From the NCBI GenBank assembly GCA_964252075.1, contig CAXULY010000038.1, positions 1 through 52,969 of the forward strand: a stretch of 52,969 nt of DNA, written 5' to 3'. Origin of the DNA: an uncultured Deinococcaceae bacterium. Lineage in GTDB: Bacteria; Deinococcota; Deinococci; Deinococcales; Deinococcaceae. A program made the translations under genes and the position numbers. Numbering within the stretch: position 1 is the stretch's first letter; every line of letters begins with the position of its first letter. Below are positions 28,802-39,292 of this stretch, in pieces. The notes beneath the pieces were generated by a model. It ran no database searches. It saw only the letters and a list, made by a program, of their open reading frames with translations, and was not told the DNA's origin.

Positions 28802-30739
28802 GTGTCCGAGCATATCGAGAACGTCCTGCACGAGGGACGGCTGATTGAGCCGCCCGCCGCCTTCGCCGAGCGCGCCCGCCTGAGCCGCGCGGACTACGAA
28901 CGCCTGTACCGCCAGAGCCTCGACGACCCCGAGGCCTTCTGGGGCGACGTGGCGCGCGACCTGCACTGGTTCGCGCCCTGGACGCAGGTGCTGGACTGGC
29001 AGCCGCCGCACGCCCGGTGGTTCGTGGGTGCGCAGACCAACATCGCGTACAACGCCCTGGACCGCCACGTGCTCGCCGGACGTGGTGACAAACTGGCCCT
29101 CGTCTGGGAAGGGGAGGACGGCGAGGTGCGCCGCCTCACCTACGCCGAACTGCTGCGCGAGGTCTCACGCGCCGCGAACGCCCTCACCGCGCTCGGCGTG
29201 CAGGCCGGGGACCGCGTCACCATCTACCTGCCGCTCGTGCCGGAAGCGGTGATCAGCATGCTGGCGTGCGCGCGCATCGGGGCGGTGCACAGCGTGGTGT
29301 TCGGTGGCTTCAGCGCCAGCGCCCTCGCGGACCGCATGAACGACGCGCAGGCGAAGGTGCTCATCACGGCGGACGCCGGGCAGCGCCGCGGGAGCCTCGT
29401 GCCCCTCAAGCAGAACGCGGACGCCGCCCTGGAGAAAGCCCCGAGCGTGCAGCGGGTGCTGGTCGTGTGCCGCGCGAACTGCGACGCCCCCATGCAGGAC
29501 GGCCGCGACCTGTGGTGGCACGACGTGATGGCCGCGCAGCCCGACGCGCACGACGCCGCGCCGCTCGGCAGCGAGCACCCGCTGTACATCCTGTACACCT
29601 CCGGCAGCACCGGCAAACCCAAGGGCGTGCTGCACACCACTGGCGGGTACATGCTCGGCACGTACCTCAGCATGCGGGAGGTATTCGACCTGAAGGACGA
29701 CGACCTCTTCTGGTGCACCGCCGACGTCGGCTGGGTGACGGGACACAGTTACGTGACCTACGGCCCCCTGCTGAACGGCGCGAGCGTGTTCCTGTACGAG
29801 GGCGCCCCGAACTTCCCGGACATCGGGCGCTTCTGGGCCATGATCGAGCGGCACAGGGTGAGCATCCTGTACACCGCGCCCACCAGCATCCGCACCTTCA
29901 TGCGCGCGGGCGACACGTGGCCGCAGCAGCACGACCTGAGCAGCCTGCGCCTGCTCGGCAGCGTCGGAGAGCCCATCAACCCCGAGGCGTGGATGTGGTA
30001 CCACCGCGTGATCGGCGGCGAGCGCTGCCCCATCGTGGACACGTGGTGGCAGACCGAGACGGGCGCCATCATGATCACCACGCTGCCCGGCGCGTACGGC
30101 GCGAAACCCGGCAGCGCGGGCCTCCCGATGTTCGGGGTGGAGCCCGCCATCGTGGACCACCAGGGCCGCGAACTCGGGCCGGACGAGGGCGGGTACCTGG
30201 TCCTCAAGCGGCCCTGGCCCAGCATGCTGCGCACCCTGTTCGGAGACGACGACCGCTACGTGAAGAGCTACTGGACCGAAGTGCCCGGCGTGTACTTCGC
30301 GGGGGACGGCGCGCGCCGCGACGCGGACGGGTACTTCACCATCGTGGGCCGCATTGACGACGTGCTGAACGTCAGCGGGCACCGCCTGGGCACCATGGAG
30401 CTGGAGAGCGCCCTCGTCGCGCACGAGGCGGTCGCGGAGGCGGCCGTGGTGGGCCGCCCGGACGACGTGAAGGGCGAGGCGGTGGTGGCCTTCGTGACCC
30501 TCCAGCAGGGCGCGAACGTCGAGCCTGGAGAGCTGCGTGCGCACGTCGCGCGGGAGATCGGCGCGATCGCGCGGCCCGACGAGATCCGCTTCGCGGACGC
30601 CCTCCCCAAGACGCGCAGCGGCAAGATCATGCGGCGCTTCCTGCGCCAGATCGCGGCGCGCCAAGACATCAGCGGCGACACCAGCACCCTGGAGGACCCC
30701 AGCGTGCTGGAACGCCTGCAGGCCGCCGAGGTGCGCTAG
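28802..30739 (+). CDS. acs: Acetate--CoA ligase
   Basis: [46 protein letters not shown]. Confidence 0.96.
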   Translation: MSEHIENVLHEGRLIEPPAAFAERARLSRADYERLYRQSLDDPEAFWGDVARDLHWFAPWTQVLDWQPPHARWFVGAQTNIAYNALDRHVLAGRGDKLALVWEGEDGEVRRLTYAELLREVSRAANALTALGVQAGDRVTIYLPLVPEAVISMLACARIGAVHSVVFGGFSASALADRMNDAQAKVLITADAGQRRGSLVPLKQNADAALEKAPSVQRVLVVCRANCDAPMQDGRDLWWHDVMAAQPDAHDAAPLGSEHPLYILYTSGSTGKPKGVLHTTGGYMLGTYLSMREVFDLKDDDLFWCTADVGWVTGHSYVTYGPLLNGASVFLYEGAPNFPDIGRFWAMIERHRVSILYTAPTSIRTFMRAGDTWPQQHDLSSLRLLGSVGEPINPEAWMWYHRVIGGERCPIVDTWWQTETGAIMITTLPGAYGAKPGSAGLPMFGVEPAIVDHQGRELGPDEGGYLVLKRPWPSMLRTLFGDDDRYVKSYWTEVPGVYFAGDGARRDADGYFTIVGRIDDVLNVSGHRLGTMELESALVAHEAVAEAAVVGRPDDVKGEAVVAFVTLQQGANVEPGELRAHVAREIGAIARPDEIRFADALPKTRSGKIMRRFLRQIAARQDISGDTSTLEDPSVLERLQAAEVR

Positions 30740-30742
30740 GCG

Positions 30743-30770
30743 GGAGGGGGCCACCGTGGCCCCCTCCTTT
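30743..30770 (+). terminator. Intrinsic terminator after acs
   Basis: GGAGGGGGCCA-CCG-TGGCCCCCTCC-TTT. Confidence 0.75.
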
Positions 30771-31582
30771 CACCTAAGGGGGCTGCGGCGCTGCTTGTAA
30801 TGCTTCAGGCCCGCCACCACGATGAAACTCACGATGACCAGGAGGCCCCACGAGCTGATCTTGGTGACGTCCACCGCCTGCCAGCCCGCCCGCTGGTTCG
30901 GGTACACCCACGCGCCGAAGAAGGTCGCGATGTTCTCCGCGAGCCACACCAGCAGGCCCAGCAGCACGAAGGTGACGGCGAGCGGCAGGCGGTACCGGCG
31001 GCCCTCCCCCTCAAGGCCGCCGCTCAGCCACGTGCGGCGGTACAGCACCACCACCAGCGCCGCCAGCACCCAGCGGAGGTCCGGCAGTACGTGCTTGGTG
31101 AAGAAGTTCGCGTAGATGCCCGCCGCCAGCGCCCACTGGCCCCACGGCGCGGGCGCGCCCTCCAGCCGCAGGTCGAAGCGCCGCCAGCTCTGGCACAGGT
31201 AACTGGCGACGCTGGCGTACATGAATCCCGAGTACAGCGGGACGCTGCCGAAGCCGTCCACGCTCACCTTGCTGTACGCGAACTCCGGGTACACCCAGGA
31301 GCCCACATGCGTCTTGAAGAGTTCCATGCCGAGGCCCAGCAGGTGAAAGACGCAGATGACGAACAACTCGCCCTTGCTCTCCAGGCGCGTGGCGACCATG
31401 GCGGCCTGAATGGCGACGCAGCACAGCAGGATGAAGTCGTACCGGGGCAGTGGCCCGAGCGGCAGCACCGTGGAGAGCGCGAGGGTGGCGAACACCGCTG
31501 CCGGGAAGACCAGGCACATGGCCTGCAGCCACGCGAAGCGCGCCAGTCTGCGCAGGAAGGAACTGGAGGACCGGGCGAGCAC
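30770..31582 (-). CDS. DUF817 (YoaT-like) membrane protein
   Basis: RYD, FHLLGLGMELFK, VPLYSGFMYASVASY, AENIATFFGAW.YP.Q. Start position uncertain. Confidence 0.82.
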   Translation of the reverse strand: MLARSSSSFLRRLARFAWLQAMCLVFPAAVFATLALSTVLPLGPLPRYDFILLCCVAIQAAMVATRLESKGELFVICVFHLLGLGMELFKTHVGSWVYPEFAYSKVSVDGFGSVPLYSGFMYASVASYLCQSWRRFDLRLEGAPAPWGQWALAAGIYANFFTKHVLPDLRWVLAALVVVLYRRTWLSGGLEGEGRRYRLPLAVTFVLLGLLVWLAENIATFFGAWVYPNQRAGWQAVDVTKISSWGLLVIVSFIVVAGLKHYKQRRSPLR

Positions 31583-31686
31583 ACCCCACACTACCGTGGG
31601 GCGGCCCTGCATGGTCGGGACCACGGCACCTCCATGCCCCGCAGAGGGCCTCGGGCACCCGGCCAGACCCTGTGGCCACCGAAAGC

Positions 31687-31713
31687 AAAACCCCCACCCG
31701 GCGTGGGTGGGGG
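31687..31713 (-). terminator. Intrinsic terminator after the ddrH-like gene
   Basis: 9-bp stem CCCCCACCC/GGGTGGGGG with a U-tract on the minus strand. Confidence 0.7.
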
Positions 31714-31734
31714 AGGGTGGAATCGGTGTGGGGG

Positions 31735-31983
31735 TCAGGCCTGGACGTGCGGAACGCGGCGGGTCTGGACCTGCACGCCTTCCTGCTGGGTTCCGGCGGC
31801 GTAGCCCACCTGTGCCCCGAACTGCCAGGCGAGCTTGATCATGAACATGATCGCCTCGGCGTCGCCCTGGCGCATCAGTTCGCGCAGATGCTCGGGGAGA
31901 CCTTCCGGCAGCGGCATGTTGCCGAGCTGCTCGCCGTACTCCTCGCGAAGCTGCTCGAACCACTGGGCATAGGGATTGCTCAT
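31735..31983 (-). CDS. ddrH: DdrH-like DNA-damage-response protein
   Basis: 82 aa, NPYAQWFEQLR...MPLPEGLPEHLR...LAWQFGAQ, recalled as the Deinococcus DdrH family. TAAGAT -10 box 6 nt upstream. Confidence 0.72.
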   Translation of the reverse strand: MSNPYAQWFEQLREEYGEQLGNMPLPEGLPEHLRELMRQGDAEAIMFMIKLAWQFGAQVGYAAGTQQEGVQVQTRRVPHVQA

Positions 31984-32114
31984 GCCTCAATCTTAACATG
32001 ACCGCACTCAAGCAATGTCACATATGCCCATTAAGTTCAGGATGTAAAGCGGGCCCACGCCACTTCAGACACCCTGAACCCGAAGCAGAGGCACCCGACG
32101 CGGCGCGCTGACTG

Positions 32115-33173
32115 TCAGGTCAGCTCCACCTGGCTGGTGTCCGACAGCGTGAGCTTCAGGGTGCGCGGCACCCGCCGCCCGCCCGACACGCTCGCCCGCA
32201 ACCCGATCAGGCAATCTTGCAACCGGGTCTCCACGTTCTCGATGGTCACCTCGTCCTCGATCACGCTGTGCTCCACTTCCGCCCGGCGAATCACGCTGCC
32301 CGCCCCGATGCTCGTGAACGGCCCCACGTACGCTTCCTCCAGCACCGCGCCGCCCGCGATCAAGGCGGGCCCCACGATTTTGCAGCCGCGCACGTACGCC
32401 CCCGCCTCAATCACCACCCGACCGCTGATCTGCGAGTCCTCCACCACGCCCTCCACGCGGCCCTCCAGCATCTCCAGCAGCAACTGGTTCGCCTCGATCA
32501 GGTCGGCGGGGCGTCCGGTGTCCTTCCACCAGCCCTGCACCTGCTGCCCCACCACCAGGCGGCCCTCCTCGATCAGCGTCTGGATGGCGTCCGTGATCTC
32601 GTACTCCCCGCGCGCCGAGGGCTTCAGGCCCTCCAGCACCGTGAAGATCTCCGGCGTGAAGCAGTACACGCCCGCCACCGCCAGCTTGCTGGGTGGGTGC
32701 TTGGGCTTCTCCACCAGCCGCACGATGCGCGTCCCGTCCAGCTCCGCCACGCCGAAGGACGTGGGGTCCGCGACCTCCACCAGCGCGATCAGGGCGTCCG
32801 GGCGCTCCGACTGGAAGCGCTGCACATAATCCTTCACGCCGCACTGAAAGAGGTTGTCCCCCAGGTACACGCAGCAGTCGTCCTGGCCCACCCAGTCGCG
32901 CGCGACCTTCACGGCGTGCCCGAGCCCCAGCGTCTCCTGCTGGTCGATGTACGTGATGTGGCTGCCTTCAATGCCCTGCACGGCGTGATGGATGGCGTCG
33001 CGCGTGAGGTCCGACACCACGATGCCGATCTCCGAGATGCCCGCCGCCATCAGGTTGTCGATGGCGTGACGGATGATGGGTTTACCCGCGACCTTCAGGA
33101 CCGGTTTGGGACGGGTGTACGTGAGGGGGCGCAGGCGCGTCCCGAGCCCCGCCGCAGGGATGATGGCTTTCAT
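32115..33173 (-). CDS. rmlA: Glucose-1-phosphate thymidylyltransferase (long form)
   Basis: [12 protein letters not shown]...[29 protein letters not shown]-terminal hexapeptide-like region. Confidence 0.9.
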   Translation of the reverse strand: MKAIIPAAGLGTRLRPLTYTRPKPVLKVAGKPIIRHAIDNLMAAGISEIGIVVSDLTRDAIHHAVQGIEGSHITYIDQQETLGLGHAVKVARDWVGQDDCCVYLGDNLFQCGVKDYVQRFQSERPDALIALVEVADPTSFGVAELDGTRIVRLVEKPKHPPSKLAVAGVYCFTPEIFTVLEGLKPSARGEYEITDAIQTLIEEGRLVVGQQVQGWWKDTGRPADLIEANQLLLEMLEGRVEGVVEDSQISGRVVIEAGAYVRGCKIVGPALIAGGAVLEEAYVGPFTSIGAGSVIRRAEVEHSVIEDEVTIENVETRLQDCLIGLRASVSGGRRVPRTLKLTLSDTSQVELT

Positions 33174-33237
33174 GCGCCCACCGTTCTAGGCCAAGTGGGT
33201 GTGAGAACCTTGTGCGGGCCCTCAGGCGCGGCGGCCG

Positions 33238-34176
33238 TCACGCGCCGCCCTCCTGCGCCAGCGCCGCGCGGAGGGCCGCTTCTGGGCTGGCGCCCTCGCC
33301 GCGCACCGCGCGCGTCCCGCCGTCCAGCCAGACCTCGAAGCCGTCTCCCACGGACTTGAGCTGCAGGGCCGGGAAGCCCGCCGCCGCCGCCTGCCGCGCC
33401 AGCGCCCCGAAGTCCTCGCTGGCGCCCCGCACGTGCTGGAAGCCCTGCGCCGCCAGCACCGCGCGGAGCTGCCGCTCGCGGTCCTCCATGGTGCCTCCAG
33501 TGGCGAAGTACCGCGCGAGCGTCTGCGCCCAGTCCCCGCGCGCCGTGATGGGCGCCATGTCCGCCAGCGCCCGCTCCAGTGCGTCCGCGTCCGGCAGGTG
33601 GTAGCGGTCCTCGTGCAGCACCAGCGCCCGCGCCACGCGCGGGCGCTGCGCGGGCGACTCGTCCGGCAGGCCCAGCGTGAGGCCCGCGAAGGGCAGCACG
33701 CCGGGCGGCAACCCCAGCAGCGCCACCAGTTCAGGCAGCGCGGACAGCACCCCACCGATCCAGCACCCCTGGTACCCCAGCATCTCCGCGGCGAGCAGCA
33801 TGGTCTGACCCGCCAGCACCGCGTCCCCGATCCCGAAATGCACGCTCGTCGCCGACCACTCCCCGAAGGTGTACCCGCGCAACTCCAGCAGCGCCCGCAG
33901 GCGCGCCACGTCCATGCACACCACGAACGCCTCCGCGCCCGTGGCGAAGTGCGGGTTGCGCGTGAGGTCCGCCACGCGCGCGCGCAGTTCTGGGTTCACG
34001 AGGCGGATGAAGCTGTACATCTGCGCGGTCGCGTCCGTCGGCGCGTGCTGAGCGGCGAACAGAATGGTGTCCAGGTGCTCGGCGGGCATGGGTTCCGGGC
34101 GGTAGCGGCGCACCGTGCGGTGCCGCTCGAAGAAGGCCCGGACGTCCTCGGTGCGGGCCTGACGCGTTGAAGGCAT
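33238..34176 (-). CDS. Nitroreductase family protein (NfsA/FRP-like) with a C-terminal extension
   Basis: HRTVRRY, AQHAPT, LLAAEMLGYQGCWIGG, QRPR...LHEDRY. Confidence 0.88.
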   Translation of the reverse strand: MPSTRQARTEDVRAFFERHRTVRRYRPEPMPAEHLDTILFAAQHAPTDATAQMYSFIRLVNPELRARVADLTRNPHFATGAEAFVVCMDVARLRALLELRGYTFGEWSATSVHFGIGDAVLAGQTMLLAAEMLGYQGCWIGGVLSALPELVALLGLPPGVLPFAGLTLGLPDESPAQRPRVARALVLHEDRYHLPDADALERALADMAPITARGDWAQTLARYFATGGTMEDRERQLRAVLAAQGFQHVRGASEDFGALARQAAAAGFPALQLKSVGDGFEVWLDGGTRAVRGEGASPEAALRAALAQEGGA

Positions 34177-34219
34177 GACCCAGGATATGCGCCCCGCGCG
34201 CAAACGCTACACTCCGCTC

Positions 34220-34780
34220 ATGGACGTTCTGGCCCTGTACCGCGAGGCGGGCGCGCTGCACGAGGGGCATTTCCTGCTGTCCTCCGGGCGCCACTCCCCG
34301 ATGTTCCTGCAATCCATGACGGTGCTGCAGCACCCGAAACTCAACGAGCAGCTCAGCGCCGCGCTCGCCGCGCAGGTGCGCGAGGCGGGCTTCGCGCCCA
34401 GCTTCGTGATCGGGCCGGAAATGGGCGGCGTGACCCTCGCCTACGAGGTCGCGCGTCACCTCGGCGCCCGCGCGCTGTTCGCGGAGAAGGACCACAAGGG
34501 CGGCATGTTCGTCCGCGAGGGCCTCGACATTGCGCCCAGCGAGACCTTCGTGGCGGTCGAGGATGTCCTCACGACCGGCGGGAGCGTCCTGAAGACCGCC
34601 CGCGCCGCCGAAGCGCGCGGTGGGCGCTGCCTGGCCATCGCGTGCATCGTGGACCGCCGCCGCGAGGAAGGGCCGCTGGAAGATTACCCGCTGGTGTCGC
34701 TGCAGCACCTGTACTTCGAGACCTTCGCCCCAGACGCCCTGCCCGCCTGGCTGGCCGAGCGCCCCCTCAGGGAAATATGA
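34220..34780 (+). CDS. pyrE: Orotate phosphoribosyltransferase
   Basis: GHFLLSSGRHS, VEDVLTTGGS PRPP loop. TACACT -10 box 6 nt upstream. Confidence 0.95.
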   Translation: MDVLALYREAGALHEGHFLLSSGRHSPMFLQSMTVLQHPKLNEQLSAALAAQVREAGFAPSFVIGPEMGGVTLAYEVARHLGARALFAEKDHKGGMFVREGLDIAPSETFVAVEDVLTTGGSVLKTARAAEARGGRCLAIACIVDRRREEGPLEDYPLVSLQHLYFETFAPDALPAWLAERPLREI

Positions 34781-35880
34781 CGCGCGTTCCCTGGTGGCGC
34801 GCGTTCCTCATGGTGATCGTGGCCCTGCTGGGCCTCGCGCTCGCGCAGACCACGCAGACGCCCGCACCTCAACCCACGCCCGCCGCCGAACGCGCCGCGG
34901 ACGCGGGCGTGCAGGCGTGGCTTGCTGGGCAGTACAACGCCGACACGGGCGCCATCGCGCGCGCCACCACGCCAGAACAGGCGGTGCAGGTGCTGCGGCG
35001 CGCCATTGCCTTCCAGACCGCGCCGCGCGGCGGCACCACCAACCTCGCCCTGCGGCGTTTCGTGGGCGTGCAGGACGGCGCCGAAGTCTACCGCTACCCC
35101 GTCAGCGTGGGCGATCAGGTGCTGGGGTACGAGGTGTCCGTCGCGCAGACCGCGGCTGGCGGCTGGCAGGTGCAGGGCGTGCGCCTGCCCGCCGCCAGCC
35201 CGTCCCTCCCCACGTGGCTGCGCTCCCCGGCGGCGGTGGTCGTCTTTGCACTCGCGTCCCTGCTGCTGGTCGCCGCCTGCTTCCGTCCGAACGCCTACCA
35301 CACGTGGCTGCGGCGCGCGCTCGGCATTGCGCGCGAGCAGCGCGCGCTGTTCATCGTGTTCAACGTGCTGCTGTACGGCACCTTCGCGCTGGGCTGCGTG
35401 GTGGGCGCCACCCTGCCCGCCTTCTCGAAGGAGTTCGGGCAGCTGCTCGGCGGGTCCTTGTCCACCACCGGCATTCAGGGCTTCCAGACCAACGTGCCGA
35501 CCTTCGCGACGGGCATCGCCGTCTGGAACTTCGTGTCGGGCGTCGTCACGACCAGCTTCATTCCCGGTCTGTTCCTGGGCGTGCCGGCCCTGCTGGTGAA
35601 CTTTCCCCGCCTGCTCGTGACGGGCCTCGCCCTCGCGCCCGGCGCGAGCGTGCCGGGCGCCATGTTCGCCCTGCACCTCCCCACCATCCTGATCGAGCTG
35701 CAGGCGTACATCTTCGTGACGGCCTCCGCCGTCGCGTGGCTCGTCCGCTGGGCGCGTATCGGCTTCGTGCGCGCGTGGCGGGACTTCGCGTACAGCCTCG
35801 CGCCCGCGCTGCTGCTCATCGTGATCGGCGCGTGGTACGAGGCCTTCGAGATCATCGTGCTGGTCCCCCTGGTGCGCTGA
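34777..35880 (+). CDS. Membrane protein with an N-terminal extracytoplasmic domain and a SpoIIM/DUF95-like C-terminal region
   Basis: Signal-like N-terminus, about 6-7 TM segments, LHLPTILIELQAY; ATGA overlap with pyrE. Confidence 0.65.
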   Translation: MTRVPWWRAFLMVIVALLGLALAQTTQTPAPQPTPAAERAADAGVQAWLAGQYNADTGAIARATTPEQAVQVLRRAIAFQTAPRGGTTNLALRRFVGVQDGAEVYRYPVSVGDQVLGYEVSVAQTAAGGWQVQGVRLPAASPSLPTWLRSPAAVVVFALASLLLVAACFRPNAYHTWLRRALGIAREQRALFIVFNVLLYGTFALGCVVGATLPAFSKEFGQLLGGSLSTTGIQGFQTNVPTFATGIAVWNFVSGVVTTSFIPGLFLGVPALLVNFPRLLVTGLALAPGASVPGAMFALHLPTILIELQAYIFVTASAVAWLVRWARIGFVRAWRDFAYSLAPALLLIVIGAWYEAFEIIVLVPLVR

Positions 35881-35881
35881 C

Positions 35882-36496
35882 GTGCGCGTGCTGGTCGTGG
35901 TGGCGACCGACGCCGAGGCCCGGTTCCTCAGCGACCTCCCGCACCGCGTGGTGGTGAGCGGCGTGGGCGCCGTGAGTGCCGCCCTCGCCACGCAGTCCGC
36001 CATCATGCGGGAGCGACCGGACCTCGTGGTGAGCGCCGGCATTGGCGGGGCGTACCCTCGCTCTGGCCTTTCTCCCGGTCAGGCCGCCGTGGCGACCGAG
36101 ATGATCTACGCGGGCCTCGGCGCACGCGACGGTGGCCGCTTTCTGGACCTCCAGGAACTCGGCCTCGAGTTATCGCCTGGCGTGACGAACCATTTGCTCG
36201 CATGGCCCGGCGCGCGAGATTACGCGGCCCGCCTGGGACGACCCTGCGGGCCCTTTCTAACTTTGGAGACCGTGACGGGGGAGACTCAGGTGGCGCGGCT
36301 TTTGGAGGACCGGTACCCAGGGGCGCTCATTGAGGGTATGGAAGGCGCAGGCGTTGCGCACGCCGCGCTGCTGTCCGGCGTGCCCTCGACCGAGGTGCGG
36401 GGCGTCAGCAACATGGTGGGGCCCAGGGACCGCGCCGCCTGGCAGATTGGTGCGGCCCTCACCGCCTGCCGCGAAGCCCTCCTGATGCTTAACTGA
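35882..36496 (+). CDS. mqnB: Futalosine hydrolase MqnB
   Basis: PNP/UDP phosphorylase fold: GVGAVSAA, SAGIGGAY, TVTG, EGMEGAGVA, RGVSNMVGPRDRAAW. Confidence 0.85.
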   Translation: MRVLVVVATDAEARFLSDLPHRVVVSGVGAVSAALATQSAIMRERPDLVVSAGIGGAYPRSGLSPGQAAVATEMIYAGLGARDGGRFLDLQELGLELSPGVTNHLLAWPGARDYAARLGRPCGPFLTLETVTGETQVARLLEDRYPGALIEGMEGAGVAHAALLSGVPSTEVRGVSNMVGPRDRAAWQIGAALTACREALLMLN

Positions 36497-36686
36497 TCTT
36501 AAGATGAGGGAGGTCCCAGGTCATTCTCTTCAACCTCACCCCCCTCTCTGGTTAACCTGATGGACGTGCCCGCACCGCCCAGTGCGGGAGGAGGACGACC
36601 TATGTTGAAGCTGACGACCACCACCACCGTTCCACTGGTGCACAACCGAGGACAGGATGCGTTGGTGCGGAGCCGTGCGCGCTGAC

Positions 36687-37757
36687 ATGGCCGCCTTTTA
36701 CCCCGTCATCCTGGCTGGTGGCAGTGGCGAGCGCTTCTGGCCGCTCTCGCGCCGCGCCAAACCCAAGCAGTTTCTGGCGCTCGACGACTCCGGTGTAAGC
36801 CTGCTGCAGGCCACCGCCGCCCGGCTCGCCGCCGTGAGCGGAAGTCACGACCGTTTGTTCGTTGTGACCGGCAACGACTACCGGTCGCAGGTGCTGGACC
36901 AGTTGCCTGAACTTCCTGTCGAGAACCTCATCGTCGAGCCGGAGGCCCGCGATACCGCGCCGGCCATTCTGTACGCCGCGCTGGTTCTGGATGCCCTCGA
37001 CCCTGACGCCGTGATGGGTGTGTTCCCGTCTGACCACATGGTTGGCAATACTGAGGCCTTTGCAGCGGTGCTGGCACAGGCCATTCTGCTGGCGGACCAG
37101 GAGGACCTGCTCGTCACGCTGGGCATTCAGCCCACCTTTGCGTCCACCGGTTACGGGTACATCGAGCGGGGCGACAATGTGGACGAGCCAGGCCTGCCCG
37201 CGTACCACGTGACCCGCTTCACCGAGAAGCCAGACGAAACGACAGCAGCAGGTTTCCTGGCGAGTGGGCAGTACAGCTGGAACAGCGGCATGTTCGTCTG
37301 GCGGGTGCGTGCCATCCTTGCGGCATTCTCTAAGTATGCCCCGGACTTGTATGAGGTCCTTCGTGGGGCGGTAGGACGTCGTTCAGCCGTGCGCGAGGTG
37401 TTCCCAGCGTTGCGTAAAATCAGCATTGATTACGCCATACTTGAACAAGCTGACAATGTTGCAGTGATCCCAGCGGAGTTCGGTTGGGATGACCTCGGCG
37501 ATTGGAACGCCCTAGAACGCCTCCTAAAGGCGCAAGGGGCCAACGTTGCTGTCGGACGTCACGTGGGGCTCGACACGGACGGCGCGATCCTCTACACCGC
37601 CAGCGGCGACGATTTGATCGTCACGATTGGGCTTGATGATGTTGTTGTTGTGCGGACAGACCAGGTGACGTTGGTGGTGCGCAAGGACCGCACGCAAGAC
37701 ATTAAAAAGATCGTCGCTGAACTCAAGGCGCGTCCGGAACTCGAGCGCTTTGTTTAG
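36687..37757 (+). CDS. manC: Mannose-1-phosphate guanylyltransferase
   Basis: [15 protein letters not shown]...[40 protein letters not shown]. Confidence 0.94.
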   Translation: MAAFYPVILAGGSGERFWPLSRRAKPKQFLALDDSGVSLLQATAARLAAVSGSHDRLFVVTGNDYRSQVLDQLPELPVENLIVEPEARDTAPAILYAALVLDALDPDAVMGVFPSDHMVGNTEAFAAVLAQAILLADQEDLLVTLGIQPTFASTGYGYIERGDNVDEPGLPAYHVTRFTEKPDETTAAGFLASGQYSWNSGMFVWRVRAILAAFSKYAPDLYEVLRGAVGRRSAVREVFPALRKISIDYAILEQADNVAVIPAEFGWDDLGDWNALERLLKAQGANVAVGRHVGLDTDGAILYTASGDDLIVTIGLDDVVVVRTDQVTLVVRKDRTQDIKKIVAELKARPELERFV

Positions 37758-37823
37758 AGCACTCCCTTGGCGCTATTCTGCCCGGCGGTTCCGCTGGTGT
37801 TTGGGCGGGATATCGAGGACGAT

Positions 37824-39263
37824 ATGAGCATTCAGACTCCTACATCCACTCCGGTGAACCTTACGCGACCATCCAGGCTCACGGCGCTTCACGAGCGGGC
37901 GCAGGGTGCTGTGCTGTTGCTGGGGGATGTACTGAGTGCGGTGCTGTGTCTGCTGCTCATGAATGCTTTCCTGCACTGGGTGGGGAATCCACCGATGCCG
38001 CGCAGTTACGTGGCTGTCTGGACCGGCATATGGGTGCTGTGGCGTTTGCAGCAGGGACTATACCCTGGATTCGGGCGCTCACCGCAGACAGAACTGCGTC
38101 TGCATACCGTCGGCACTTTACAAGTAGGACTCGCGCAATTCGCGGTGACGTTCGCCGGTCATGATTTCATTCGCAGTCGTCTCGGTTCTGGTCTTTTGTG
38201 GGCGCTCATTCTGGTCGTGGCGCTCCCCATCCGGTACATGGTACGAGCTCTCCTTATTCGATTTAACCTTTTTGGGCGTCCCGTTAGTGTGCTGGGTGGT
38301 GGCCAGACAGGTACACAGGCGGTTAAGCACTTATTGGAGCACCCGGGATATGGATTGAAGCCCGTGGCGGTATATGACGACAACCCAATTCTGCACGGTC
38401 AAAGCATTGAAGGCGTGCCTATCGTTGGTGATCTTGAGGATGCAGTTGTGACGCCGCTTACGTCGCATGCCATCATCAGCATTCCTGGTCTGCGCGCGGA
38501 GAAGCAGCGCGACACCATCAACATGGTGCATTCGGTGTATCAGACGACCTGGGCGACGCCCGACCTGTTTGGTGTGCCGAATCAAGCTCTCATTCCGCAT
38601 AACATCGGGACTCATGCGAGTCTGGAAATACGCAACAACCTGAGGAGCAACCGTGCGATTTTCGTAAAGCGCGGCATTGATCTGTTGGGAGCTGTCGTGG
38701 GTGGAGTATTGATTTCGCCGCTGCTGTTGCTGGTGGCGTTGGCTATTCGATTGGATAGCCCTGGCCCGATCGTGTACCGAGCTCGTCGGCTCGGGCAGAA
38801 TGGGAGACTCTTCGACTGCTACAAGTTCCGCAGCATGCACCGGGACGCGGATGCGAAACTGAAGGCGGTACTCGATGGAACACCTGAGTTGAAGGCCGAG
38901 TTCGAGGCATCCCATAAGTTGAAAGTGGATCCTAGAGTGACTCGAGTGGGAGCGCTGTTGCGTAAAACCAGTTTGGATGAGCTTCCTCAGCTGCTGAACG
39001 TAATCACGGGGCAGATGAGCTTGGTGGGCCCGCGTCCTATCGTCGAGGCTGAAATAACGAAGTACGGTCTGGTTTATCAGGTTTACAAGCAGGTTCGACC
39101 AGGTATGACTGGATATTGGCAAGCTAATGGACGCAGTGACACAAGCTATGAGGAGCGCGTTGGGATGGACCATTTCTATGTAACGAATTGGACCCCATGG
39201 CTGGACTTTGTTATTATGTTGCAAACTGTCCGTGTGGTGCTGCTCGGTAAGGGAGCGTACTAA
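37824..39263 (+). CDS. wbaP: Undecaprenyl-phosphate hexose-1-phosphate transferase (WbaP type)
   Basis: Four N-terminal TM helices, KRGIDL, KFRSM, DPRVT, LDELPQ, GPRP, RPGMTG. Confidence 0.92.
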   Translation: MSIQTPTSTPVNLTRPSRLTALHERAQGAVLLLGDVLSAVLCLLLMNAFLHWVGNPPMPRSYVAVWTGIWVLWRLQQGLYPGFGRSPQTELRLHTVGTLQVGLAQFAVTFAGHDFIRSRLGSGLLWALILVVALPIRYMVRALLIRFNLFGRPVSVLGGGQTGTQAVKHLLEHPGYGLKPVAVYDDNPILHGQSIEGVPIVGDLEDAVVTPLTSHAIISIPGLRAEKQRDTINMVHSVYQTTWATPDLFGVPNQALIPHNIGTHASLEIRNNLRSNRAIFVKRGIDLLGAVVGGVLISPLLLLVALAIRLDSPGPIVYRARRLGQNGRLFDCYKFRSMHRDADAKLKAVLDGTPELKAEFEASHKLKVDPRVTRVGALLRKTSLDELPQLLNVITGQMSLVGPRPIVEAEITKYGLVYQVYKQVRPGMTGYWQANGRSDTSYEERVGMDHFYVTNWTPWLDFVIMLQTVRVVLLGKGAY

Positions 39264-39292
39264 GACTCTAATATGTTTTATACCGGCAATGG

